Below are positions 30,601 to 40,914 of a DNA stretch of 64,000 nt, piece after piece. A program made the position numbers and the translations under genes. Numbering within the stretch: position 1 is the first letter of the stretch; each line of letters opens with the position of its first letter. The notes below the pieces were generated by a model. It saw only the letters and a list, made by a program, of their open reading frames with translations, was not told the origin of the DNA and made no database searches. This DNA comes from an uncultured delta proteobacterium (GTDB lineage Bacteria > Myxococcota_A > Polyangia > Polyangiales > Polyangiaceae), in NCBI GenBank assembly GCA_963716725.1, contig CAVQUB010000005.1, positions 288,001 to 352,000 on the forward strand, in the 5' to 3' direction.

Positions 30601-33274
30601 CTCCCCGTGCCTCGAGGCGGCCTCGGCGACGGATGTCTGGGACGGTGATCCGGAGGCGTCGAGGCTTTGCAAGATCGGGAGCGCCTCGATCCGGGCCAAC
30701 ATCGCCGACAGCTTTGGGTCGGGTGCTTTGTTCTCCGCTGCCCGAGACAAACGCAACCGCAGTGAGATGGCGTGGCCCAAGAGACAGAGAGAGAGCCCCA
30801 GGTCGTCGACGGGCTGCCCGAGGCCCATCCCCAGGGCTCGCCGCGATTCATCGTCGCCCTCGAGGGCCGCGACGGCCTTCTCGACGAAGCGCTGTTCGAC
30901 CCAGCCGCGGTAGCGCCTGCCCTTCCAGTGAGGCGCGGTCCAGTCCGCATTGGGAACGGTTCGTGGATCGTCCGTCGCCACGATCAGCGCGCAGAGCGCC
31001 TTCTCGCGAGTTTCGCGCAGGAGCACCACGCTCACGTGGCTCTCGATGTCGACCGCGACGATAGCGGGTGCGACCAGGACGATGGCGCCGTCGCGTTCCA
31101 GCCAGAGCTGCGCGGACCGTGGGGCGAGGCCTTGCTCCGCGCGCACCTCGCCGACGCTGCGAGCCAGGGCCACGCGACCGGATTCCTCCGCGGCTCCAAG
31201 GGCGTTCTCCGAGGACACTGCGCGCTGATAGGGGATGCGCGTCACCCGGTCCGGCAGCGCGGCGGCGATGGCCTCGGCTTCGAGGGCGGCGGCAACGAGC
31301 ACCGGACGCCCATCGGGTGCCGGCCGCGGAGGACCGCCTGGCGGACCGGGCACGACACACAGCGCCTTCTTCTCGCGGGCGTAGCTGGCGAGCGTCTGCA
31401 AGCTGACCCGACCGCCAGCCGTCGTGGCCAAGGCCTCTGCGCCGAACAACTGCGCATGGTCGCGGCTAAACTCGGTCGGGTCGGGCGCGAGCAGACCGAG
31501 GCGAGCAGGGACGACGCTCCAGGCGATGATCGCGTCTCGCAACACGCGTTCCAGTGCGCTCTGTTCGCGGCCCGAGAGCAGCGTCAGGCGCGCCGCTGCG
31601 CGATCGGCGATGCCGACGGCCAGCATGCTCACCGCGTGAAGCGTCTGGTTCAGGTGAGCGTCTCGCTCCACGCCGTCGTAGTCGAAGCGAGGCCTCAGTC
31701 CCGAAGGCCAGGCCACCGCCGCGTCGAAGGAAAGCGGGCACAAATCGGGCTCGACGACCACTGCCTCGAGCATGCGTCCTTCGACGAAGACCCTGAGCAG
31801 CGAGGGACCTGGCACGCCGAGGGGAGTCAGCAACACCAATTCGCCGGTCAGCCCCGCGGTGGGACCCGTGGTGAGCGAGAATCGCTCGCGCGCGAGCTCG
31901 CGGGGCGACGACGGTACCGTCGGAGCAGAGGCTGCATGAGCCAAGAAGCGGGCGCGGCGCGCGGCGCCCGCTCGGGCGCGCTTCAACAGCGTCGAAGCGT
32001 CCTCGAGATTCGAGCCCTGCAGGACCCGCTCGACGACGCGTCCTCGAAGCCACACGACCTGCGCGAGCCAGGGGGCGAGCTCGTGCGGGGGCGGCTCACT
32101 CTTCTTCCAAACTCGAACCAAGGGGCTCGAGACCACCGCTGCCACCGAAATGCGCCCGCCGCCTGCCGTGTCGAGCAGCGGCAGGTCGAGCAGCGCGCGG
32201 ACTTCGGGGTCTGGTTCACCACCCGCCCGGAGAGTTTCGACGCAGCTGCACAAAGCAGCGCCCAGGGCGTCGAGCCACGCCCGCGGATCGTCCAGCAGAA
32301 CTTCGACCCCGTCGGGGTGAGGCGCGCCGGAGGCGCGGGCCACGAGCGCCGCGAGCGCCTTGCGAAATGCGCTCTCGGCGGCTGGCCAGAGTTCACGGGC
32401 CAGCGGTGTGTCTTCGCGCAGCGCGGAGCGCGAAGCGTTGGTCGGGAGCTCGTCCACGTCGACCACGACTCGAGCGGACACTGCCGTGTCAGAGGTCGGT
32501 GAGAGGCCGTTCAAGGGCACCCAATCGAGGGACAGCAGGAGCACGCCGCGCTCCATCAACTCGACGCGAGCCGGTCCCCCTGCCGCGCCAATCTCGACGG
32601 CAGCACGGCGGGCGCCGGGCAGGGTGAATGGAACTCGCAGGAGCGTCGGCAAGGGGAGCGGACGCACCACCGCAACGCCTGCGCAGAAGAGCGCGAGGGG
32701 CGCCTCCCGAGTGTTCTCGAATCAGCAGCCTGACCTCTGGCGGAACGTCCCTCGACACCACGCTCCGCAACACTCCCAGTCCAAGCTTTCGCCGAACGTG
32801 GATCTGGGTGCCCTGGGCGAAGGCCCCGTCCGGGATGGAGCACGAGACCGCGCGGAGCGGCGGGGACGACTCGCTCTCGTCGGCGATGGCCTCCGATGTG
32901 AAGCGGACCGCGATGCCGGCTGATCCGTGGGTCGAGGTCACCGCGACGAAGCTCACGCCCAGGCCCAGCGCGGCGTTCACGCCCAGAGCCAGACAGCGCA
33001 GCGGCGCCGCGTGCTCGTCTTCGGCGTCGCTCAGTGCGAAGTCGAGCAAGCAGGCCAGGCGTTCTGCCGAGAGACTTGGTCCGTCGAAGGCGAAGCGAAT
33101 GTCGTCTGCGTCCCAGGTCAGGTTCATCGCGGTCGCCCCCAGCGCCACCGCGGCTCGAGCGAGCTCGAGGGGATAGGTCCGGAGATCGACCAACAGGTGT
33201 TCACGCAGCTTCGCGCGGGCGCGCCGAGCATCGACGCGGATCGAACCCCGGAGCACGATCTTGCGTTCGCTCAC
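27651..33274 (-). CDS. Giant (~1870 aa) protein: degenerate GHKL/Hsp90-like N-domain plus repeated Hsp90-middle-like modules; two apparent +1 frameshifts (~32720, ~28363)
   Basis: GTG start overlaps the upstream stop; removing one base at each site joins three ORF segments (LLIENTREAPLALF; HAISLALLGLDSSPPLVV); VVVDVDELPTNASRSALRED resembles HtpG GVVDSEDLPLNVSRE. Confidence 0.6.
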
Positions 33275-34968
33275 GATCCGCCCTCGGCGTAGTCCCTCAG
33301 CAACGCGTCGTTGACTCCAGACCCGAGCGGGCCGCGACGTTCGAGCAGCAGCATGCGAGCCAGCAGCTGTGCCGCGGCGCGAGGGTGCCGTCGCGCGCCC
33401 TCGCACGCGGCCCAGACTCCCGCGGAGCGACCGTCGAGCAGCAGCACCGCGCCCTCGCCCCAGCGCGACGCAGCGTGCGCCGCAGCCTCGAGGGAGACGA
33501 TGCCCCGAATCGGCGCCCGAGCGAGCACCAGGTGGTGGGGGAGAGCGCCCTGGACGCGTGCGAAGGTGACGCGCTCGACCTTCGTACCGGCCACGGCGAT
33601 GCAGCGCTGCACCTCGGCCACGAGCGCCAAACCCAGGCCCGAGACCTCGCCGGGCAGCGCCTCTTCGACCAGGTAGTGACGCTCGTAAGCGGCCTCGACG
33701 CCGCCTTTGGGGTGGAGCTCTGCGACTCGGTGCACGACGTCCGCGTGGGGACAGAGCACCACGGGTCGTCCTTGGGCTGCAAAGGCGTCGGTGAGCTGGC
33801 TCTGCTCCGTCGACGTGAGGATCGGCGCGCGCCGCGGGGTCCGTTTCGCGACGTCCGCGTGTGTCATCGCGCATTGCCCTTTGACCGCGCTCGCCAGCGG
33901 AAGCCAGACGCGATCGGCGCCGAGGCGGCACGGCTCGTGCGCAGCCGCGACCAAGAGCGCCAGGTAGTGAGCAAACGCGCCACCCGTGGCTACTTCTTGG
34001 GCCGCGACGCGCAGCGCTTCGGCCACGGCGGCCGGGAGCGCACGCCGCGCGAGCGCGCCTGCTCGAGCCAGCAAGTCGTCGAAGGCCGCTTCGCGCCGGA
34101 CGTTGTCGCGAGACAGGGTGTGTTTCAGTGCCGAACTCGAGATTTTTACGCGCAAACCCGCCAGGCCGGGGAACGCCTCGCTACTCGTCTCGTAGAGCGT
34201 GAGCCCCCGATTATAGAAGCCGACGAAGGCAGTCGCATTTTCGTAAGGCAGATCGTGAGGCGGCAAGTGCTCCGCGCCGATCCCGGCACCGAGCACGATG
34301 CTGCCTTCGCCGTCGACGTCCGTGACGCTCACCGCTGCGTGAACTTGGAGCGGTCGATCGAGCCTTTCGCGGGATGAGCCTCGCGGGTTGGCGTAGTCGG
34401 TCACCGAGAGCCAGATCGGCACTCGAGCGTGCCGGCACCAGCGCAGGAGGCTGTCCCTGACGAGCGCCGCGTGTGTGTCGAAGTCGCTCGATTCCATCGC
34501 GTGCGTCAGCGTCACGCTCGATCCCGAGAGCGGACGGGGCGGGATCTCCTCGACCACGTAGGAGTGGTCGGGCTTGATCGTCGCGCGCCACGCTCCGCCG
34601 TCGCGCCAAGTGTCGACGATCACGGTCTCGGGCGAGAGGGCCAAGACCGAGACAAAGCCGACGCCGTACTTGCCGATCTTGGTCGAGTCGCCCTCTTTGG
34701 ACGACGAGAACAGCGTCAGGAGCGCGCTCTCGATGATCTGCGGCGTCATGCCGACGCCGCTGTCCGTCACTCGGGTCCGCGTCTCACCGCTGGCCTCTCG
34801 GATGACGTCCACCTCGACGCTTGTGGTGCCCGCGTCCATGCTGTTTTGCACCAGCTCGCGCAAGAACGCGTAGGGGTCCGCAAACTGACGGACCATGTCG
34901 GAGACCAGCCCAGGCTTCCCGGGCTCCGGCGACGTGGTCCGGTCTTTCCCGGCGCGGTACGGGCTCAC
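33271..34968 (-). CDS. Hsp90/HtpG-like GHKL ATPase
   Basis: Bergerat motifs FLRELVQNSMDA, DSGVGMT, SSK, IGKYGVGFVS, GSSVTL; middle-domain-like LKHTLSRDNVRRE. Confidence 0.85.
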   Translation of the reverse strand: MSPYRAGKDRTTSPEPGKPGLVSDMVRQFADPYAFLRELVQNSMDAGTTSVEVDVIREASGETRTRVTDSGVGMTPQIIESALLTLFSSSKEGDSTKIGKYGVGFVSVLALSPETVIVDTWRDGGAWRATIKPDHSYVVEEIPPRPLSGSSVTLTHAMESSDFDTHAALVRDSLLRWCRHARVPIWLSVTDYANPRGSSRERLDRPLQVHAAVSVTDVDGEGSIVLGAGIGAEHLPPHDLPYENATAFVGFYNRGLTLYETSSEAFPGLAGLRVKISSSALKHTLSRDNVRREAAFDDLLARAGALARRALPAAVAEALRVAAQEVATGGAFAHYLALLVAAAHEPCRLGADRVWLPLASAVKGQCAMTHADVAKRTPRRAPILTSTEQSQLTDAFAAQGRPVVLCPHADVVHRVAELHPKGGVEAAYERHYLVEEALPGEVSGLGLALVAEVQRCIAVAGTKVERVTFARVQGALPHHLVLARAPIRGIVSLEAAAHAASRWGEGAVLLLDGRSAGVWAACEGARRHPRAAAQLLARMLLLERRGPLGSGVNDALLRDYAEGGS

Positions 34969-35133
34969 CTGGCCTTGTTAGGGTCGTTTCTGCCCAGATG
35001 GAATGGTCAGGTTCACCTGAGGCACGGCGATCTGTAAGCTCCCGCCCGCGGCGGGCGTTCTCGATGGCACCGCCAATTCTTCGAATCCTTTTTGTCTCTG
35101 ATGCGTCTCTTCGGTCGCATCACCAGGGAAACC

Positions 35134-36612
35134 ATGAACCACGGAACATATGTGCCGGCGTGGCGCGCGGTCGCGATCGCGGCGGCCCTCGCGCTCCCGG
35201 CCTGCGGCGGTAAACCCCCCGAATTGGCCAAGTCAGGCGAGTTCGCCGGGCCATCGAAGGCGGCTTCATCGAGCGCGAAACAGCGCGAGAAGGTGGCGAT
35301 CACGGTCTACAACCAGAACTTCGGCCTGGTGCGGGAGATCCGGAAGCTCGAGCTCGGCGAAGGCAAGGTGAGCCTCGAGTACCGAGACGTGTCCGCTCAC
35401 ATCCAACCCGAGACGGTGCACATCAAATCGCTCAGCGGGGACGACGCGCTGACGGTGATGGAGCAGAACTATCGCTACGATCTGCTCAACCCCCAGAAGC
35501 TGCTCGAGAAGTACGTCGACAAGAAGATCAAGGTCTACCGTTACAACGAGAAGCTCGGCCGCGAGGAGATGAAGGAGGCCAAGGTGCTGGCGGTGGAGCA
35601 AGGCACGGTGCTCGAGATCGACGGCGAGGTGACCTACGACGTCCCGGGTCGCTTCGCGTTCCCCGAGGTGCCAGCGAATCTCATCGCGAAGCCGTCGCTG
35701 GTCTGGCTCTTGGGCAGCCGGAAGACCCAGCAACGGGTCGAGGTCAGCTACCTGACCCAGAACCTGAACTGGGTGGCGGACTACGTGATGGTGGTCGGCG
35801 ACGACGACAAGGTCGGCGATCTGAATGGCTGGGTGACGCTGACCAACCAGAGCGGCACCGACTACGAGGACGCGCAGCTGAAGCTGGTGGCCGGCGACGT
35901 GCAGCGCGTGCAGCCGGAATCGACTCCCACCATGGACTACGCCGCTCAGGCAGAGGCTCCCGCGGCCCCGCGCGAGCAGTTCAAGGAAGAGGGCTTCTTC
36001 GAGTACCACCTGTACACGCTGGAGCGTTCGACCACGCTGCTCGACAAGGAGCAGAAGCAGGTGACCCTGCTCGAGGCCCACGACATCGGCATCAAGAAGA
36101 AGCTGATCTTCTGGGGCGCGAGCCACTACTACCGGGGCAACTACGGTCAGGTCGTGTCCAACCAGAAGGTCGGCGTGTACCTGGACATCAAGAACAGCAA
36201 GGACAACCGCCTGGGCATGGCCCTGCCGAAGGGCACGGTCCGGGTCTACAAGGCCGACAAGAGCGGGGCCAAGCAGTTCATCGGTGAAGATCGCATCGAC
36301 CACACGCCGCGGGACGAAGAGATCCGGATCAAGATGGGCGAGGCCTTCGACGTGGTCGGGGACCGGAAGCAGATGGAGTGGAACGCCATCGGCAGCTGTG
36401 TGTCCGAGAGTTCGTGGGAGATCGAGCTCCGCAACCACAAAGACGTGGCGGAGCGCGTGGAGGTCTTCGAACCCATCGGTGGCGATTGGTCGATGCTGCA
36501 GTCGAGCCATAAACACACCAAGAAAGACGCAAACACCTTCACCTTCGACGTCGAGGTGCCGTCGCGGGGCAAGACCAAGGTCACTTATCGGGTTCGGGTG
36601 AGGTGGTGCTGA
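35134..36612 (+). CDS. DUF4139-like lipoprotein, type A copy 1
   Basis: Lipobox LPAC; ITVYNQNFGLVRE, EQNYRYDLL, YLT..LNW.ADY, FEYHLYTL, LG..LPKG.VRVY, IDHTP motifs; ends VRWC. Confidence 0.85.
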   Translation: MNHGTYVPAWRAVAIAAALALPACGGKPPELAKSGEFAGPSKAASSSAKQREKVAITVYNQNFGLVREIRKLELGEGKVSLEYRDVSAHIQPETVHIKSLSGDDALTVMEQNYRYDLLNPQKLLEKYVDKKIKVYRYNEKLGREEMKEAKVLAVEQGTVLEIDGEVTYDVPGRFAFPEVPANLIAKPSLVWLLGSRKTQQRVEVSYLTQNLNWVADYVMVVGDDDKVGDLNGWVTLTNQSGTDYEDAQLKLVAGDVQRVQPESTPTMDYAAQAEAPAAPREQFKEEGFFEYHLYTLERSTTLLDKEQKQVTLLEAHDIGIKKKLIFWGASHYYRGNYGQVVSNQKVGVYLDIKNSKDNRLGMALPKGTVRVYKADKSGAKQFIGEDRIDHTPRDEEIRIKMGEAFDVVGDRKQMEWNAIGSCVSESSWEIELRNHKDVAERVEVFEPIGGDWSMLQSSHKHTKKDANTFTFDVEVPSRGKTKVTYRVRVRWC

Positions 36613-36614
36613 GC

Positions 36615-38033
36615 ATGAAGCGAGTCGCGTGGGTTCTGGTGCTGGCGGCGGCGGCGCCCAGCGCACTGGCGGCGCCGAAGAAGGTGTCCGGCGGCGAGCA
36701 GCGCCAAGAGGTGAGCATCACGGTCTACAACCAGAACTTCGGTCTGGTGCGCGAGGTGCGCGAGATCGAGGTGGGTACCGGCACCGTGGATCTCGAGTTC
36801 CGGGACGTGGCGGCGCAGATCCAACCGCAGACGGTGTCGATCAAGTCGCTGTCGGGCGCGAACTCGCTGTCGGTGCTCGAACAGAACTACCGCTACGATC
36901 TGCTCACGCCGCAGAAGCTCCTGGAGAAGCACGTCGGCAAGAAGGTGCGGGTCTGGCGCTGGAACGAGAAGCTCGGCAAAGACCAGCCCTTCGACGCCGA
37001 GGTCCTGAGCGTGGCTGGGGGCCAGACGGTGATGAAGATCGGCGGCGAGGTCACCTACAATTTCCCCGGGCGCATTGCCTTCCAGAGCGTGCCGGAGAAC
37101 CTGATGAGCAAGCCCACCCTGGTGTGGAAGCTCGAGAGCAAGCTGGCCAAGCAGAAGGTGGAGGCGACCTACCTGACCCAGAGCCTGAACTGGCGCAGCG
37201 ACTACGTGTTCGTGATCAACGACGCCGACAGCGCCGGGGATCTGACCGGCTGGGTCACGCTGATCAACAATTCGGGAGCCTCCTACAAGAACGCAAGGCT
37301 GAAGCTGGTCGCGGGCGACGTGCAGCGCGTGTCCGACGGAGACGACCACCGTCGACCCATGGGTGGCGCCGGGCGCATGTCCGCCAATCGCGAACGGCAG
37401 TTCTCCGAAGAGAGCTTCTTCGAGTACCACCTGTACACGCTGAGCCAACCGACGGACGTGCTCGAGAACGAGCAGAAGCAGGTCACGCTGCTCGAGGCCA
37501 AGGGCGCCAAGGTGCAGAAGAAGCTGATCTACTTCGGGCAGCAGTACTGGTACCGCAGCAAGTACGGCGAGGTGCAGAAGAACCAGAAGGTCGGCGTGTA
37601 CCTGGATCTGCAGAACAGCAAAGACAACGGCCTGGGCATGCCCCTGCCCAAGGGCATGGTGCGGGTCTACAAGGCCGACAAGAGCGGCGCCAAGCAGTTC
37701 ATCGGCGAAGACCAGATCGACCACACGCCGCGCGACGAGAAGGTGCGCATCAAGATGGGCGAGGCCTTCGACGTGGTGGGCGACCGCAAGCAGATGGAAT
37801 GGCGCACGCTCGGCAGGTGCACGTCGGAGAGCAGCTGGGAGATCGAGCTCCGGAACCACAAAGACAAGGCCAGCCGGGTCGAGGTCTTCGAGCCCATCGG
37901 CGGCGACTGGACCATGGTCGAGAGCACGCACAAACACGACAAGAAGGACGCGCACACTTTCACTTTCGACGTGAACGTGCCGGCCAACGGCAAGACCAAG
38001 ATCAAATACAAGGTGAGGGTGAAGTGGTGCTGA
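36615..38033 (+). CDS. DUF4139-like secreted protein, type B copy 1
   Basis: Cleavable signal peptide (SALA), same scaffold motifs; 1419 nt. Confidence 0.85.
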   Translation: MKRVAWVLVLAAAAPSALAAPKKVSGGEQRQEVSITVYNQNFGLVREVREIEVGTGTVDLEFRDVAAQIQPQTVSIKSLSGANSLSVLEQNYRYDLLTPQKLLEKHVGKKVRVWRWNEKLGKDQPFDAEVLSVAGGQTVMKIGGEVTYNFPGRIAFQSVPENLMSKPTLVWKLESKLAKQKVEATYLTQSLNWRSDYVFVINDADSAGDLTGWVTLINNSGASYKNARLKLVAGDVQRVSDGDDHRRPMGGAGRMSANRERQFSEESFFEYHLYTLSQPTDVLENEQKQVTLLEAKGAKVQKKLIYFGQQYWYRSKYGEVQKNQKVGVYLDLQNSKDNGLGMPLPKGMVRVYKADKSGAKQFIGEDQIDHTPRDEKVRIKMGEAFDVVGDRKQMEWRTLGRCTSESSWEIELRNHKDKASRVEVFEPIGGDWTMVESTHKHDKKDAHTFTFDVNVPANGKTKIKYKVRVKWC

Positions 38034-38035
38034 GC

Positions 38036-39454
38036 ATGAGGCGAGTCGCGTGGGTGTTGGTGCTGGCGGCGGGGGCGCCGAGCGCGCTGGCGGCACCGAA
38101 GAAGGTGTCCGGCGGCGAGCAGCGCCAAGAGGTGAGCATCACGGTCTACAACCAGAACTTCGGCCTGGTGCGCGAGGTGCGCGAGATCGAGGTGGGCACC
38201 GGCACGGTGGACCTCGAGTTCAGGGACGTGGCGGCGCAGATCCAGCCGCAGACGGTGTCGATCAAGTCGCTGTCCGGGGCGAACGCGCTGTCGGTGCTCG
38301 AGCAGAACTACCGCTACGATCTGCTCACGCCGCAGAAGCTCCTGGAGAAGCACGTCGGCAAGAAGGTGCGGGTCTGGCGCTACAACGAGAAGCTTGGCAA
38401 GGACGAGCCCTTCGACGCGGAGATCCTGAGCGTGGCCGATGGCCAGCCCGTGATGAAGATAAACGGCGAAGTCACCTACAACTTTCCCGGCCGCATCGCG
38501 TTTCCGAGCGTGCCCGAAAACCTGATGAGCAAGCCCACCCTGGTGTGGAAGCTCGACAGCAAGCTGGCCAAGCAGAAGGTCGAGGCGACCTACCTGACCC
38601 AGAGCCTGAACTGGCGCAGCGACTACGTGTTCGTGATCAATGACGCCGACAGCGCCGGGGATCTGACCGGCTGGGTCACGCTGGTGAACAACTCGGGGGC
38701 CTCGTACAAGAACGCCCGCCTCAAGCTGGTCGCCGGCGACGTGCAGCGCGTGAGCCCCCGCGACGAAATGGACGACGAGCGCAGCTACAAGAAGTCAGCC
38801 GAGTCCAGCGGTGCCCGTCGCTTCGCCGAAGAGAGCTTCTTCGAGTACCACCTGTACACGCTGAGCCAACCCACCGACGTGCTCGAGAACGAGCAGAAGC
38901 AGGTGACGCTGCTGGAAGCCAAGAACGCCAAGGTGCAGAAGAAGCTGATCTACTTCGGGCAGCAGTACTGGTACCGCGGCCGGCATGGCGAGGTGCAGAA
39001 GAACCAGAAGGTCGGCGTGTACCTGGACGTCCAGAATACCAAGGCCAACGGCCTGGGCATCCCGCTGCCCAAGGGCACGGTGCGAGTCTACAAAGCCGAC
39101 AAGAGCGGGGCCAAGCAGTTCATCGGCGAGGACAACATCGACCACACGCCGCGGGACGAGAAGGTGCGCATCAAGATGGGCGAGGCCTTCGACGTGGTCG
39201 GCGACAGGAAGCAGATGGAGTGGCGCACGCTCGGCACCTGCAGCTCGGAGAGCACCTGGGAGATCGAGCTCCGGAACCACAAGGACCAAGCCAGTCGGGT
39301 CGAGATCTTCGAGCCCATCGGCGGTGACTGGACCATGGTGGAGAGCACGCACAAACACGACAAGAAGGACGCGCACACCTTCACCTTCGACGTGAACGTG
39401 CCGGCCAACGGCAAGACCAAGATCAAGTACAAGGTGAGGGTGAAGTGGTGCTGA
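38036..39454 (+). CDS. DUF4139-like secreted protein, type B copy 2
   Basis: Near-identical to B1 outside the variable cassette; 1419 nt. Confidence 0.85.
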   Translation: MRRVAWVLVLAAGAPSALAAPKKVSGGEQRQEVSITVYNQNFGLVREVREIEVGTGTVDLEFRDVAAQIQPQTVSIKSLSGANALSVLEQNYRYDLLTPQKLLEKHVGKKVRVWRYNEKLGKDEPFDAEILSVADGQPVMKINGEVTYNFPGRIAFPSVPENLMSKPTLVWKLDSKLAKQKVEATYLTQSLNWRSDYVFVINDADSAGDLTGWVTLVNNSGASYKNARLKLVAGDVQRVSPRDEMDDERSYKKSAESSGARRFAEESFFEYHLYTLSQPTDVLENEQKQVTLLEAKNAKVQKKLIYFGQQYWYRGRHGEVQKNQKVGVYLDVQNTKANGLGIPLPKGTVRVYKADKSGAKQFIGEDNIDHTPRDEKVRIKMGEAFDVVGDRKQMEWRTLGTCSSESTWEIELRNHKDQASRVEIFEPIGGDWTMVESTHKHDKKDAHTFTFDVNVPANGKTKIKYKVRVKWC

Positions 39455-39459
39455 ATCGA

Positions 39460-40912
39460 ATGTCGAAGACCTTGGCCTTGGCCTCGCTCCTGGCGGCTAC
39501 GGCCTGCGGAGGCAAAGCGCCAGAGCTGGCCAAGGGCGGCGAGTTTGCGGGGGCTTCGAAGGCGGCGACGTCGAGCGCGAAGCAACGCGAGAAGGTGGCG
39601 ATCACTGTCTACAACCAAAACTTCGGTCTGGTACGCGAGATCCGAAAGCTCGAGCTCGGCGAAGGCAAGGTGAGCCTCGAGTACCGAGACGTGTCCGCGC
39701 ACATCCAACCCGAGACCGTGCACATCAAGTCGCTGGATGGCGACGATGTCTTGACGGTGATGGAGCAGAATTACCGCTACGACTTGCTCAGCCCGCAGAA
39801 GCTGCTCGAGAAGTACGTGGACAAGAAGATCAAGGTCTACCGCTACAACGAGAAGCTCGGCCGCGAGGAGATGAAAGAGGCCAAGGTGCTGGCCGTGGAG
39901 CAGGGCACGGTGCTCGAGATCGACGGCGAGGTGACCTACGGAGTCCCGGGTCGCCTCGCGTTCCCCGAGGTGCCCGCGAATCTCATCGCGAAACCGTCGC
40001 TGGTGTGGCTACTCGGTAGCCGCAAGGCCCAGCAGCGCGTCGAGATCAGCTACCTGACGCAGAACCTGAACTGGGTGGCGGACTACGTGATGGTGGTCGG
40101 CGACGACGACAAGGTCGGCGATCTGACCGGCTGGGTGACGCTGACCAACCAGAGCGGCACCGACTACGAGCAGGCGCAGCTGAAGCTGGTGGCCGGTGAC
40201 GTGCAGCGCGTTCAGCCGACCGACGTGACGACGACCCTCAGCCGCGGTCGAGGCGGCAAGTCGCGGGCCAAGGACCAGTTCAAGGAAGAAGGCTTCTTCG
40301 AGTACCACCTGTACACGCTAGAGCGCCCGACCACGCTGCTCGACAAGGAGAAGAAGCAGGTGAGCCTGCTCGAGGCTCACGGCATTGGCGTGAACAAGAA
40401 GCTGATCTTCTGGGGCGCGAACTACTACTACCGCGGCAACTACGGCCAGGTCGTGGCCAACCAGAAGGTCGGCGTCTACCTCGACATCAAGAACACCAAG
40501 CGCAACCGCCTGGGCATGGCGCTGCCGAAGGGCACCGTCCGGGTCTACAAGGCGGACAAGAGCGGAGCCAAGCAGTTCATCGGTGAGGACAACATCGACC
40601 ACACACCGCGAGACGAAGAAGATCCGCATCAAGATGGGCGAGGCCTTCGACGTGGTGGGCGACCGCAAGCAGATGGAGTGGAACGCGCTGGGCAGCTGCG
40701 TGTCCGAGAGCTCGTGGGAGATCGAGCTCCGCAACCACAAGGACGTGGCCGAGCGCGTGGAGGTCTTCGAGCCCATCGGTGGGGACTGGGAAATCGTCCA
40801 GTCGAGCCACAAGCACACCAAGAAAGACGCGCACACCTTCACCTTCGATGTCGAGGTGCCGTCGCGGGGCAAGACCAAGGTCACCTACCGGGTGCGGGTG
40901 AAGTGGTGTTGA
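39460..40912 (+). CDS. DUF4139-like lipoprotein, type A copy 2 (apparent +1 frameshift at ~40616-40620)
   Basis: Lipobox ATAC; near-identical to A1; an extra A in GACGAAGAAGATC relative to A1 GACGAAGAGATC. Confidence 0.82.
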
Positions 40913-40914
40913 GC

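Noticed and set aside
27859..32502. Long plus-strand ORFs antisense to the giant gene (and similar shadow ORFs throughout)
   Set aside because: Arg/Ala/Pro-rich, motif-less translations typical of stop-poor alternative frames in high-GC genomes.
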